NCBI GenBank assembly: GCA_028699085.1
Contig: JAQVVF010000005.1
Coordinates: 79 to 64,078 of the forward strand
DNA from: Patescibacteria group bacterium
GTDB lineage: Bacteria; Patescibacteriota; JABMPQ01; JAQVVF01
Direction of reading: 5' to 3'
Length of the DNA: 64,000 bases
How positions within the stretch are numbered: position 1 is the stretch's first letter; each line of letters opens with the position of its first letter. This document shows, piece by piece, positions 28,203 to 37,529 of the stretch. The notes under the pieces are model-generated. The model saw only the letters and a program-made list of their open reading frames with translations. It was not told the DNA's origin and did no database searches. The position numbers were made by a program, and so were the translations under genes.

Positions 28203-29003
28203 ATGGCAAAAGAAAAAGAAGTTAAAGAAGAAAAAAAAGAAGTTGCAGAAGTTGTTGAAGAGAAAAAAGTTGCAACAGAAGAAAAAGAGACAAAGAAAGT
28301 TAAAAAAGTTGTTAAAAAACAACCTCGCAAAAGAAGCAAGAGGTATTTAGCTTTGAAAAAAGAAATTAAAAATCAACGATATTCTGTTGAAGAAGCAATC
28401 GAATTAGCAAAGAAAACATCAACAACAAAATTTGATGGTTCTATCGAAGTTCATGTCAGACTAGGAATTGATATTGGAAAATCTGATCAAATGGTCCGAG
28501 GTTCTGTAAAATTTCCTAATGCTACGGGCAGAAAGATCAAAATTGCAGCATTTGTTGAGGAACAAAATCAAGCAGCTTGTAAAGAAGCTGGTGCAGAAAT
28601 TGTTGGTGGTGAAGAACTAATCAAACAAATCAAAGAAACCAAGAAATGTGATTTTGATATTTCAGTTGCTGAACCAAAAATGATGCCAAAATTAGGCCAG
28701 ATTGCAAAGATTTTAGGTCCAAAAGGTTTAATGCCAACTCCAAAAAATCAAACTGTTTCTCCGACTCCAGAAAAAACTATTAAAGAATTAATGGGTGGAA
28801 AAACAGCTTTTAAAAATGATGCTAATGGTATTATTCATATCATGATTGGCAAAGCTTCATTCGATTCTAAAAAATTAGTTGAAAATTTAAATATTTTTAT
28901 TGAAGAATTAAGAAAACTAAAACCAGAAAAAGTCAAAGGTGAATTTATTAAGAGACTTACTGTTTGTTCCACAATGGGACCTGGAGTAAAAGTCAGAGTT
29001 TAA
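28203..29003 (+). CDS. rplA: 50S ribosomal protein L1 with a ~40-aa Lys/Glu-rich N-terminal extension
   Basis: L1 core (KFDGSIEVHVRLGID..., GPKGLMPTPK). 266 aa. Confidence 0.9.
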   Translation: MAKEKEVKEEKKEVAEVVEEKKVATEEKETKKVKKVVKKQPRKRSKRYLALKKEIKNQRYSVEEAIELAKKTSTTKFDGSIEVHVRLGIDIGKSDQMVRGSVKFPNATGRKIKIAAFVEEQNQAACKEAGAEIVGGEELIKQIKETKKCDFDISVAEPKMMPKLGQIAKILGPKGLMPTPKNQTVSPTPEKTIKELMGGKTAFKNDANGIIHIMIGKASFDSKKLVENLNIFIEELRKLKPEKVKGEFIKRLTVCSTMGPGVKVRV

Positions 29004-29049
29004 TAAAATATAAATTAAATAAAAAAAGGCTAGTAATAGCCTTTTTATT

Positions 29050-29649
29050 TTAGGGTGCATTTTGTGTTTGTGATCTGATTAAATTAACAAATTCTTGGAT
29101 AGGTATATACATAATTCTTAAACCATTGAATTCTTTCAGAAAGGGCTGAATTTTTTCGTTTTCCATCCAAAAAGGTATCCAAAATTGTTTATTGCCATCA
29201 TTGATTTCTCTCAAGCAATAGAAAAGTCTTACAAACAATTCGCAAGCGCGAAAGATTCTACTCTCCATGCAATTTTCTTTTTGAATATCATAAATTAAAA
29301 GCAGTTTTTCTTGAAAATCAGCAGGTAAAAAGATAATCGCTTCTAAGAATTTTTCTCGCTCCAATCTTTCATCAGCTTCAGTTTTGTCCGGTTCTTGAAT
29401 ATCCCCAAAGCCATCCATTGCCTCTCCAAAATCATGAATTGTTCCCAAATCAGAAACAATTTCGCCATTAAACTTAACATCAGGATCGTATTTTTTGATC
29501 ATCGCTTTTGCCAGTTGAATAACAATGCCAAGCTTTATCGTATGCGCGGAAACATTTTCAAGATGTAATTTAGGAATATTTTTCCATCTTTGTTCATCTT
29601 GCAAGCCTTGTACAATTCTTACTAAACCTTCTTCAATCCGATGTGGCAT
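29050..29649 (-). CDS. HD-domain phosphohydrolase (YfbR-like 5'-deoxynucleotidase candidate)
   Basis: H...HD...D pattern (SAHT...IHDFGE...D). 199 aa. AAGGAGGA SD upstream. Confidence 0.6.
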   Translation of the reverse strand: MPHRIEEGLVRIVQGLQDEQRWKNIPKLHLENVSAHTIKLGIVIQLAKAMIKKYDPDVKFNGEIVSDLGTIHDFGEAMDGFGDIQEPDKTEADERLEREKFLEAIIFLPADFQEKLLLIYDIQKENCMESRIFRACELFVRLFYCLREINDGNKQFWIPFWMENEKIQPFLKEFNGLRIMYIPIQEFVNLIRSQTQNAP

Positions 29650-29826
29650 CCTCTTCCTCCTTTTCCCTCTTGTTTTTTTCTTAATTTTTTCTTAAAATAA
29701 AAAGAACACTCAAAATATCGATGATCAAAAAAAATGACAACGATTAGTTAAATTTAACATTTATTGAATAAGGAATCAATAATATAGTTATTTTAAATTT
29801 TTCGCTTTAAATTTTAATTTTGAAAT

Positions 29827-31266
29827 ATGTCAAACAAAAACAGCTGTCAAATTTACGTGTTGGAGGGATTAACGCCAGAAGTCCGAGCAGTCACTTTTGC
29901 CAAGTGTTCGCGTTCAGACAAATCTTTCAGGGAAATTGCCGCAGGCCTAACTGCCGAGAATTCTTCAAAATTCCATGAAAAATGGGTTGTTGGTTATGGC
30001 CATTCTTCAGTTGCTGAGCATGCTCCAATTTCGATTGCTATGGAAAATATTTCACTTCTTGCAGTAGAAGCAATCGAATCAAACCGTTTGGCTTCATATA
30101 CTGAAAAATCTTCTCGTTATCAAATTTATGATGAAGATCGAGTTTATTATCCAAAAGAATTTAAGCAAGATAAAGCGATCGACAAATTATTTCGCGATAC
30201 AATAAAATTACAGTTCGCTTTATATAAAAAAAGCATTAAGCCAATTCAAGAAATTATCTATCAAGAAAATCCAAAAGAAAAAGGCGAAGATCAAAAAGGT
30301 TATGAAGGCAGAGTAAGATCAAAATGGATTGATATGTGTCGTTATCTTTTGCCAAATGCTTGTTTTGCAAATTTAGGTATGACTGCAAATGCTAGAACTT
30401 ATGAAAATGCTTTAGTCAAATGGTTCTCGCATCCTTTATCTGAAGTACAAGAAATTGCGAAACAAGTAAAAAGAGAAGCTCTAAAAATTACTCCAACCTT
30501 AGTTAAATACGCTGATCCAAATAGCTATTTAATTGATTCTTACAAAATCTTGCCTAAAAAAGTAAAAACAATTTTAGGTGCAGAGAAAAAATATCTAGGC
30601 AAAGAAATTTTAGTTGAGTTAGTTGATTTTGATAAAGATGCTGAAAGAAAAGTATTAGCTGCGGTTATCTATCAATTCTCGAATATTCCATACAAAAAGG
30701 CTTATCAAAAAGCCAAAAGTTTAAAGAAAACTGACAAAGAAAAATTATTAGATAATATTCTAAAAAGAATCGGCAAGCATGACAAGCCATTACGTGCTTT
30801 AGAGCTTCCGTATTTTACTTTTGATTGCTTGATTGATCAAGGTGCTTATGCTGATTTAAAGAGAAATCGAATCATGACTCAACTACCACAAACTGTTACT
30901 ACAAAACATGGCTATTTTATTCCAAGAGCTTTTGTTTTGGCAGGTTTAGAAAAAGAATATAAAGAAGTTATGGAAGCAACAGATAAAGCCTTTAAAATAA
31001 TTTCCAAAAAGTTTCCTAATGAAGCAGGCTACATCGCTACAAAATCATATGGCCGTAGATTTTTGATGAAAATGAATCTTCGTGAATTATACTATTTCTG
31101 CTATTACAGAGGTGCAAATCCAGGTGGCCATGTTTCGTATCGTTTTGTCGGTACAAAAATGTATGAGCAAGCTTCTAAAAAATTTCCAACTTTAATGAAA
31201 TATCTACCATACATTTTTGATATGAATAGCAAAGAATTAAATAAATATTTTGAATATATTGCTTAA
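29827..31266 (+). CDS. ThyX-like (flavin-dependent thymidylate synthase family) protein, double length
   Basis: GHSSVAEH and NRLASYTEKSSRY resemble ThyX HxSVxEH and the RHRxxSxxxxSxRY motif (with H replaced by N). 479 aa, against ~250 aa for ThyX. Immediately upstream of tmk. Confidence 0.55.
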   Translation: MSNKNSCQIYVLEGLTPEVRAVTFAKCSRSDKSFREIAAGLTAENSSKFHEKWVVGYGHSSVAEHAPISIAMENISLLAVEAIESNRLASYTEKSSRYQIYDEDRVYYPKEFKQDKAIDKLFRDTIKLQFALYKKSIKPIQEIIYQENPKEKGEDQKGYEGRVRSKWIDMCRYLLPNACFANLGMTANARTYENALVKWFSHPLSEVQEIAKQVKREALKITPTLVKYADPNSYLIDSYKILPKKVKTILGAEKKYLGKEILVELVDFDKDAERKVLAAVIYQFSNIPYKKAYQKAKSLKKTDKEKLLDNILKRIGKHDKPLRALELPYFTFDCLIDQGAYADLKRNRIMTQLPQTVTTKHGYFIPRAFVLAGLEKEYKEVMEATDKAFKIISKKFPNEAGYIATKSYGRRFLMKMNLRELYYFCYYRGANPGGHVSYRFVGTKMYEQASKKFPTLMKYLPYIFDMNSKELNKYFEYIA

Positions 31267-31271
31267 ATTGT

Positions 31272-31904
31272 ATGAACAAAAATAGTTTTATTACTAATCC
31301 ATTTAAAGGCATATTTATTGCCTTTGAAGGATTAGATGGATCTGGGTTATCAACTCAAGTTGATTTATTAAATAAATATCTCAACAAACAAGGCTACAAA
31401 AGTTTTGCTACCAAAGAGCCAACCAATAATATAATTGGTGGTTTGATTCGAGGACTTCTCACTCATATCTGGAAAGCCAGCAATGAATGTTCGCAATTAT
31501 TGTTTACTGCAGATCGCGCCTTGCATTTAGAGAAAGAAATTATTCCAGCCTTAAAAAAGAAAAACATTATTATTACTGATCGCTATTTTTTCTCTACCGT
31601 TGCCTTTGGTTCGCTAAACATCAGAGATTTAGACTGGCTTGTTTCGCTTAATCAACATTTTATCTTGCCGGATTTAATTTTCTTAATTAAAGTTCCGCCA
31701 AAAGAATGTGTTAAGAGAATAAAGTCTTCAAGATTTCATAAAGAATTGTTTGAGGAAGAGATTAAGCTTAAAAAAATTTGGCGGACATATAACAAATTAG
31801 CTAAAATATTTCCGAATATTCACATTATTGACGGAAATCGTGATAAGAAAAAAGTTTTCGAAGAAATTTTTGAAATTGTAATAAAAAAATTAAAAAAGAA
31901 ATAG
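31272..31904 (+). CDS. tmk: Thymidylate kinase
   Basis: P-loop FEGLDGSGLSTQ, DRY motif and lid region. 210 aa. Confidence 0.85.
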   Translation: MNKNSFITNPFKGIFIAFEGLDGSGLSTQVDLLNKYLNKQGYKSFATKEPTNNIIGGLIRGLLTHIWKASNECSQLLFTADRALHLEKEIIPALKKKNIIITDRYFFSTVAFGSLNIRDLDWLVSLNQHFILPDLIFLIKVPPKECVKRIKSSRFHKELFEEEIKLKKIWRTYNKLAKIFPNIHIIDGNRDKKKVFEEIFEIVIKKLKKK

Positions 31905-31960
31905 TCTGTTAATTTTTGATATGGTATAATTCTGTAAGAATATAGAATATTGTTAAATTT

Positions 31961-33457
31961 ATGCAACAAAAATTAGAAACAATCATCGGATTAGAAATTC
32001 ATGTCCAGCTCAAAACAAAGTCCAAAATGTTTTGTTCATGTGATAATAATGCAGAAGGCAAGCAACCTAATTCTTTAGTATGTCCTGTTTGCATGGCTCA
32101 TCCTGGGACTTTACCAGTTATCAACCGCCAGGCAGTTGAATGGACAGTTATGACTGGTCTTGCTTTGAATTGTGATATCCCAGAAAATTCAAAATTTGAT
32201 CGCAAAAATTATTTTTATCCAGATCTTCCAAAGGGATATCAGATTTCTCAATACGATCAGCCTTTATGCATGGGAGGATATTTCGATATTTTAGTTAACA
32301 AACAAAACAAAAGAATTAATTTGGAAAGAATTCATCTTGAAGAAGATGCAGGAAAATTAACTCATTCTAAAAATATAGGTGCAAGTCTTGTTGATTATAA
32401 TCGAGCAAGTACTCCATTGATGGAGATTGTAACCAAGCCCGATTTTAGAAGTCCACTAGAAGCTAAAATATTTTTGCAAGAACTTCGTAATTTAGTTCGC
32501 TATATTAATGTTTCAGATGCTGATATGGAAAAGGGCCATCTCCGTTGTGACGCCAATATATCTATGAGACCTATTGGGACAACAGAATTATCTGCAAAGA
32601 CAGAATTAAAAAACATGAATTCATTCAAAGCAGTTGAAAAAGCTTTGACCTATGAAGTTAATCGTCAAACAAAGCTTTGGCAAGAAAATTGTCAGCCAAA
32701 ATATTCTGCAACCAGATTATGGAATGATGATCAGGAGCAAACAATCGAAATGAGAACAAAGGAAGCATCACATGATTATCGCTATTTCCCAGAGCCAGAT
32801 TTACCGCCTTTAAAATTAGATCAAGAATGGGTCAAAGATCTAAAACAGAAATTACCTGAACTTCCGCAAGCTAAAAAAAATAGATTTATTAAGCAATTTG
32901 GCTTATCAGAAAAAGAAGTTAATCTATTAATTTCAAACCGATTAATCTCTGAATATTTCGAAGATGTTCTAACGGAAACAAGAGCTTGGGTTGATGATTT
33001 AAAACAGAAAGAAGATGATTCGGAAAAGACTTACAAGGAATTAGTAAAAGTAGTTTCTAATTGGTTAACGTCAAAATTGTTTGCTTTATTAAATTCAGAA
33101 AAAATTTCAATTTCAAATTGCAAGATAACACCAGAAAATTTTGCTGAACTTTGCGCCATGCTTTATACTAACAAGATTTCTTCATCAGCAGGACAGCAAG
33201 TTCTAAAAATAATGTTTGATAAAGGTTCTGATCCATCTCAAGTTGTTGAAGAGCAAAATCTAGGTCAAGTATCTGACGAAAAAGAATTAGATACGATTTT
33301 AGATAAGTTAATTGCTGAAAATCCAAAACCAGTTGCTGATTTCAAAGCTGGCAACAAAAATGCTTTGCAATTTTTTATCGGGTTAGCCATGAAAGAAACA
33401 AAAGGCAAGGCAAATCCAAAAGTTGTTATTGATATTCTGACCAAAAAGCTATCTTGA
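31961..33457 (+). CDS. gatB: Asp-tRNA(Asn)/Glu-tRNA(Gln) amidotransferase subunit B
   Basis: MQQKLETIIGLEIHVQLKT...; GatB/YqeY C-terminal domain. 498 aa. Confidence 0.95.
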   Translation: MQQKLETIIGLEIHVQLKTKSKMFCSCDNNAEGKQPNSLVCPVCMAHPGTLPVINRQAVEWTVMTGLALNCDIPENSKFDRKNYFYPDLPKGYQISQYDQPLCMGGYFDILVNKQNKRINLERIHLEEDAGKLTHSKNIGASLVDYNRASTPLMEIVTKPDFRSPLEAKIFLQELRNLVRYINVSDADMEKGHLRCDANISMRPIGTTELSAKTELKNMNSFKAVEKALTYEVNRQTKLWQENCQPKYSATRLWNDDQEQTIEMRTKEASHDYRYFPEPDLPPLKLDQEWVKDLKQKLPELPQAKKNRFIKQFGLSEKEVNLLISNRLISEYFEDVLTETRAWVDDLKQKEDDSEKTYKELVKVVSNWLTSKLFALLNSEKISISNCKITPENFAELCAMLYTNKISSSAGQQVLKIMFDKGSDPSQVVEEQNLGQVSDEKELDTILDKLIAENPKPVADFKAGNKNALQFFIGLAMKETKGKANPKVVIDILTKKLS

Positions 33458-33563
33458 CTTGATAATAAAAACCTGTTATACTGCAAATAATGTGTATGCA
33501 AACAATGAACAGAAAATTTCGCTTCAATCACTTCTATCTCGGAGAATTATTTTAATCCCTTTA

Positions 33564-33589
33564 AAATCCGCTATCGAGCGGATTTTTTG
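33564..33589 (+). terminator. Rho-independent terminator after gatB
   Basis: Hairpin aatccgctatcgagcggatt followed by TTTTTT. Confidence 0.55.
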
Positions 33590-33639
33590 ATACTCGTGCA
33601 CCTTCCCAATTAATAGGAAAGAAAAGGAGGAAAAAGGAA

Positions 33640-34665
33640 ATGGCAACCGACAATATGCCTCAGATGTTTTTGGAAGATGTTGGTAGTTTGGTTCACTCGC
33701 ATGACGGTCAAAATGTTTGGTTGATCAAGGATTTAGATCAGCGCGAGGAATTTGAAGAATACATGTTGCCTCATGATATTTACGTCGTTGATTTTCCTGC
33801 GCTAGGAGTTGGCCAAAGATTTCTGTTAAGTCGTCATCTTTGCGGACCTGATAAGTTTTTCATGCTTCAGCAGATTGGTCATGCAATGGCAAAAATCTGC
33901 AAAAGAACGGGAATGTTTGATGGTGAAAAGCTGGCACAATTCATTATTCTTTACGGTGGTGAAGCCTACAACATGCATTTCTGTCAGCCACCTTTGGTTG
34001 ATGGAATCATGATTGATTCGACTTATATCAAATATGAACGAGTAGAGGATAGTACTCAGCAAAATGGTTTTAGGATCGAAAAACTCGCATTCTCCGGAAA
34101 ATGGTGGCAGGACAATATCTGGCTTTGTCTTGAAGAATGCGTTGCTTCTGGCAGTACAGTTGCGCATTTTGCAAAAGAAGGATTCGTAAATCATAAACCC
34201 AAGAAGCTTTTTATTTTTCCAGCTTGCGGTAGTTTCTTTGGCATTCAAGGAATCTATCAGGCTTGTTTGGAAAACGGAGTCGAGTTTGTTCCAGTATTCA
34301 ACTCTGCCTTGATTGATGTTGCGCCTGAAGGCTTGAAGCTTCCATATACTGATCTTGGCCTGCGTCCTCGTACGATCATGACTCGTGAATTCTGTGCTGC
34401 CGCGCGCCACCGCTATCAAGACACAAGCCTTTGTTTTGTGGGTGATATTGGAGATTCAATTCATCGTACCAAAAGATATATTATGGAAACTCTTGATGAC
34501 ATGCGATTGATTGGCTTTGATTTTGAAAGAGAGGATTGGAGCCGCTGGAATCCCAATGTTTTCTCCGAATATTTTCGCCAAAAGCTTGCAGAAGTATTTC
34601 CAGAAACGAGTCAACATTTTGAAACATTCTTATTCCGCGATTCTAGATTTCTGCTTTCCAAATAA
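33640..34665 (+). CDS. Hypothetical protein with a PRTase-like motif, probably horizontally acquired
   Basis: 341 aa. AAAGGAGGA SD. ~42% GC. IWLCLEECVASGST resembles the type I phosphoribosyltransferase signature but does not match it exactly. Confidence 0.45.
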   Translation: MATDNMPQMFLEDVGSLVHSHDGQNVWLIKDLDQREEFEEYMLPHDIYVVDFPALGVGQRFLLSRHLCGPDKFFMLQQIGHAMAKICKRTGMFDGEKLAQFIILYGGEAYNMHFCQPPLVDGIMIDSTYIKYERVEDSTQQNGFRIEKLAFSGKWWQDNIWLCLEECVASGSTVAHFAKEGFVNHKPKKLFIFPACGSFFGIQGIYQACLENGVEFVPVFNSALIDVAPEGLKLPYTDLGLRPRTIMTREFCAAARHRYQDTSLCFVGDIGDSIHRTKRYIMETLDDMRLIGFDFEREDWSRWNPNVFSEYFRQKLAEVFPETSQHFETFLFRDSRFLLSK

Positions 34666-34712
34666 TTTGTATACTATTATAAAACCGACTCTCATCGGTT
34701 TTTTCTTGGTTA

Positions 34713-35660
34713 TTATTTTAAAAAATTTTTAACTAATTTGTTTGCCTCATTATATTTTTCAATCCATTTTATTTTTTTATCTCTTTTAAACCAGCTTTCT
34801 TGCCGCCTAGCATATTGATGAGTATGAAATTTAATATTCTGAATAATTTCTGTTAAGATTTTTTTATCTTTAATTTTATTTAGCTTACCTTTAAATTCTC
34901 CATAACCAATTCCAGACATTGCTGGCAATTTCCAGGAATATTTTTTATTCAATTTCTTTAATTCTCTAACCAATCCGTTTTTAATCATTTGATCAACTCT
35001 TTTATCGATTCTTTTATATAATTTTTCGCGATCTACTTTAATACCAATTTGCAAAAAATTATATTTCTGTATACCTTTTTGTTGAAATTCAGAAAATGTT
35101 TTACCAGTCTTAATGCAAACTTCTAGAGCTCTAATAATTCTTCTTTTATTTTGTCGCTGTACAAAACTGGAAGCGTTATGATCAAGCTTCATTAATCTTG
35201 TCCATAATTTTTCAATATCCTGTTTTTCAAGATTTTTTCGAAATTCAAAATCAGGTGCGACTCTTGGAATCGTCAAGTTATCAACTAAAGCTTGAATGTA
35301 TAATCCTGTTCCGCCAACCAATATTGGCGTTTTGCCGCGTTTCAAAATATCATCAATAATTTTTTCAGCCTGTTCTTTAAATTCCGCAACAGAATAATTT
35401 TGATTAGGTTTAATAATATCAATCATATAGTGGTCAACATCGTCACTTACGACGATTTTTTGATTTTTGCCTTGCAACTTTTTAATTTTTACTTTTGACT
35501 TTTTAATTTTCGCAGTGCCGATATTCATGCCTTTATAGAATTGCCTTGAATCACAAGAAATAATCTCGCCATTATATTTTTTGGCTAATTTAATACCCAT
35601 TCCGGATTTACCGGAAGCTGTTGGGCCTAAAATGACGATAATTTTTGGTAATATTGACAT
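34713..35660 (-). CDS. miaA: tRNA dimethylallyltransferase
   Basis: P-loop GPTASGKS, ISCDSRQFYKGMNIGTAK. 315 aa. Confidence 0.9.
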   Translation of the reverse strand: MSILPKIIVILGPTASGKSGMGIKLAKKYNGEIISCDSRQFYKGMNIGTAKIKKSKVKIKKLQGKNQKIVVSDDVDHYMIDIIKPNQNYSVAEFKEQAEKIIDDILKRGKTPILVGGTGLYIQALVDNLTIPRVAPDFEFRKNLEKQDIEKLWTRLMKLDHNASSFVQRQNKRRIIRALEVCIKTGKTFSEFQQKGIQKYNFLQIGIKVDREKLYKRIDKRVDQMIKNGLVRELKKLNKKYSWKLPAMSGIGYGEFKGKLNKIKDKKILTEIIQNIKFHTHQYARRQESWFKRDKKIKWIEKYNEANKLVKNFLK

Positions 35661-35717
35661 ATAGAAAATTTTGTGATATAGTGTTTAGAAATTTATGACC
35701 ACTAAGAAGGAGGAAAA

Positions 35718-36170
35718 ATGGCTCATAACAGAAAGATAGCAGCAAAAGATCGAGACAAAGTAGTTAATTTCTGTAGAGAAAAGCTACAACAGATTTTACA
35801 TTTGATTGGACTCGAGTTAGAAGTCGGAAGCTATTTCGGAAAACTAGACAAGCACGGTGCTATTATTCTGGAAATTAAAAAGAGTCAAAATAATTCTGAT
35901 ATTGGTTTAGTCATCGGTCGATATGGCATTACACTATTCGCTATTAAAAAAATATTATCAGCAGCAACAATAAAAGAATTTGGTCATGATTATTACATTG
36001 AAATTAGAGCTGACAGATTTCGTTCTCGAGATCCAGTCAATTGCGTTTCTGTAGCTCAATTCATTGGCTGGGAAGTTCTTGAAGAACCAAACATAAATTC
36101 AAGAATCACATCAATATTTAACGAAGCGAAACAAGAACTCAAAAATTATGAACATTTGCACTCTGACTAG
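35718..36170 (+). CDS. KH-domain RNA-binding protein (Jag/KhpB-like core)
   Basis: GxxG KH motif in IGLVIGRYGITLFAIKKIL. 150 aa. AAGGAGGA SD. Confidence 0.5.
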   Translation: MAHNRKIAAKDRDKVVNFCREKLQQILHLIGLELEVGSYFGKLDKHGAIILEIKKSQNNSDIGLVIGRYGITLFAIKKILSAATIKEFGHDYYIEIRADRFRSRDPVNCVSVAQFIGWEVLEEPNINSRITSIFNEAKQELKNYEHLHSD

Positions 36171-36178
36171 GCTTGCGC

Positions 36179-37435
36179 CTAGTTTTTTATTTCTCCTTGC
36201 AAAATCCAAGCCATTGCTTTAGTTATTTTTACATTAACAATTTTACCAATCAAATCCTTATCAGAATTAAATTTAACTAATTTAAAAGTTCTAGTCCTGC
36301 CAATATCTTTTTTTTCAACCAGAATTTCGCAAGTTTTGCCTAAATATTTTTTATTATTTTTCAATGCTGTTTTTCTCAAAATATCATTCAAAAAATTTTC
36401 TCTCCTTTTCTTTTCGTCTTGTAAAATATCATCTTTCATTTTAAAAGATATCGTCCCAGGTCTTGGCGAATATTTAGCTAAAAAAGCCATATCATATTTT
36501 ACTTCTTTAAATAGTTTGCAAGTATCCAAAAATTGTTTTTTTGTTTCTCCTGGAAATCCAACAATGATATCTGTTGACAAACATGCATCTGGCAAATATT
36601 TTTTGATTGATTTAACAAGCTTCAAATATTTAGCATGAGTATATTTTCGATTCATCTTTTTTAAAATCACATCATTTCCCGCTTGAGCAGGCAAGTGAAT
36701 ATAATGGCAAACCCTTTTGCAATTTTTAATTGTTTTAATCAGTTTCAAGCTCATATCTTTTGGATGTGAGGTTACAAACCAAATCCAAAAATCGCCATCA
36801 ATATCATTTATTATTTTTAACAAAGCGGGGAAGTCAATTTTCTGATTATTAAACTTTCCTGAATAGCTGTTTACATTTTGTCCAAGCAAAGTTATAGCCT
36901 TATAACCTTGTTTAATAAGTGATTTTACTTCTTTGATTATTTCCTTTACTGATCTGCTAACTTCACGACCTCTTGAATATGGCACAACGCAATAAGAGCA
37001 AAAATTATTACATCCTGTCATTATTGGCACATAAGCATGAAATTTTGTTTGATATTTTGGCTGAAATTTTAAATAATTTAATGATCCAAGATCTTGTTGC
37101 AAAGTATTTTTATTTAAAATAATATCTGGCCATTTTTGTAAATCTTTAATATCCAAAACAAAATCTGCAAAATTTTTAAATCTTAATTTTTCTTTAACTG
37201 CAGAACATCCAGTTACAATCGCAACTTGCTTATTTTTCTTGGCATTTTTTAATGTCGAAATTGCTCTATTTTCAGCTGCCTGTCTTACAGAACAAGAATT
37301 TACAATTACAAAATCAGCTAAATTTTCTGAATTTACTTTCTTGAATTTTGCTGATAATAAAACCGTCTCAATTCTTTCCGAGTCAGAAATATTCATTTGA
37401 CACCCAAATGTTTTTATAAAAAATTTATTTTTCAT
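36179..37435 (-). CDS. miaB: tRNA methylthiotransferase (MiaB-like radical-SAM MTTase)
   Basis: UPF0004 N-terminal domain (FIKTFGCQMN), radical SAM CNNFCSYC and C-terminal TRAM. 418 aa. Confidence 0.85.
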   Translation of the reverse strand: MKNKFFIKTFGCQMNISDSERIETVLLSAKFKKVNSENLADFVIVNSCSVRQAAENRAISTLKNAKKNKQVAIVTGCSAVKEKLRFKNFADFVLDIKDLQKWPDIILNKNTLQQDLGSLNYLKFQPKYQTKFHAYVPIMTGCNNFCSYCVVPYSRGREVSRSVKEIIKEVKSLIKQGYKAITLLGQNVNSYSGKFNNQKIDFPALLKIINDIDGDFWIWFVTSHPKDMSLKLIKTIKNCKRVCHYIHLPAQAGNDVILKKMNRKYTHAKYLKLVKSIKKYLPDACLSTDIIVGFPGETKKQFLDTCKLFKEVKYDMAFLAKYSPRPGTISFKMKDDILQDEKKRRENFLNDILRKTALKNNKKYLGKTCEILVEKKDIGRTRTFKLVKFNSDKDLIGKIVNVKITKAMAWILQGEIKN

Positions 37436-37529
37436 ATCTTATTAAAATAACATAAAATTTTAGTCTTGACAAGGCAAGTTAATTATCATAATATTATACA
37501 TTGTAATTTCCAGCAAAGGAGGAGAAACG

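Noticed and set aside
33826-34419. 197-aa minus-strand ORF
   Set aside because: It is an antisense shadow of the 33640..34665 plus-strand gene, which has a strong SD and ATG.
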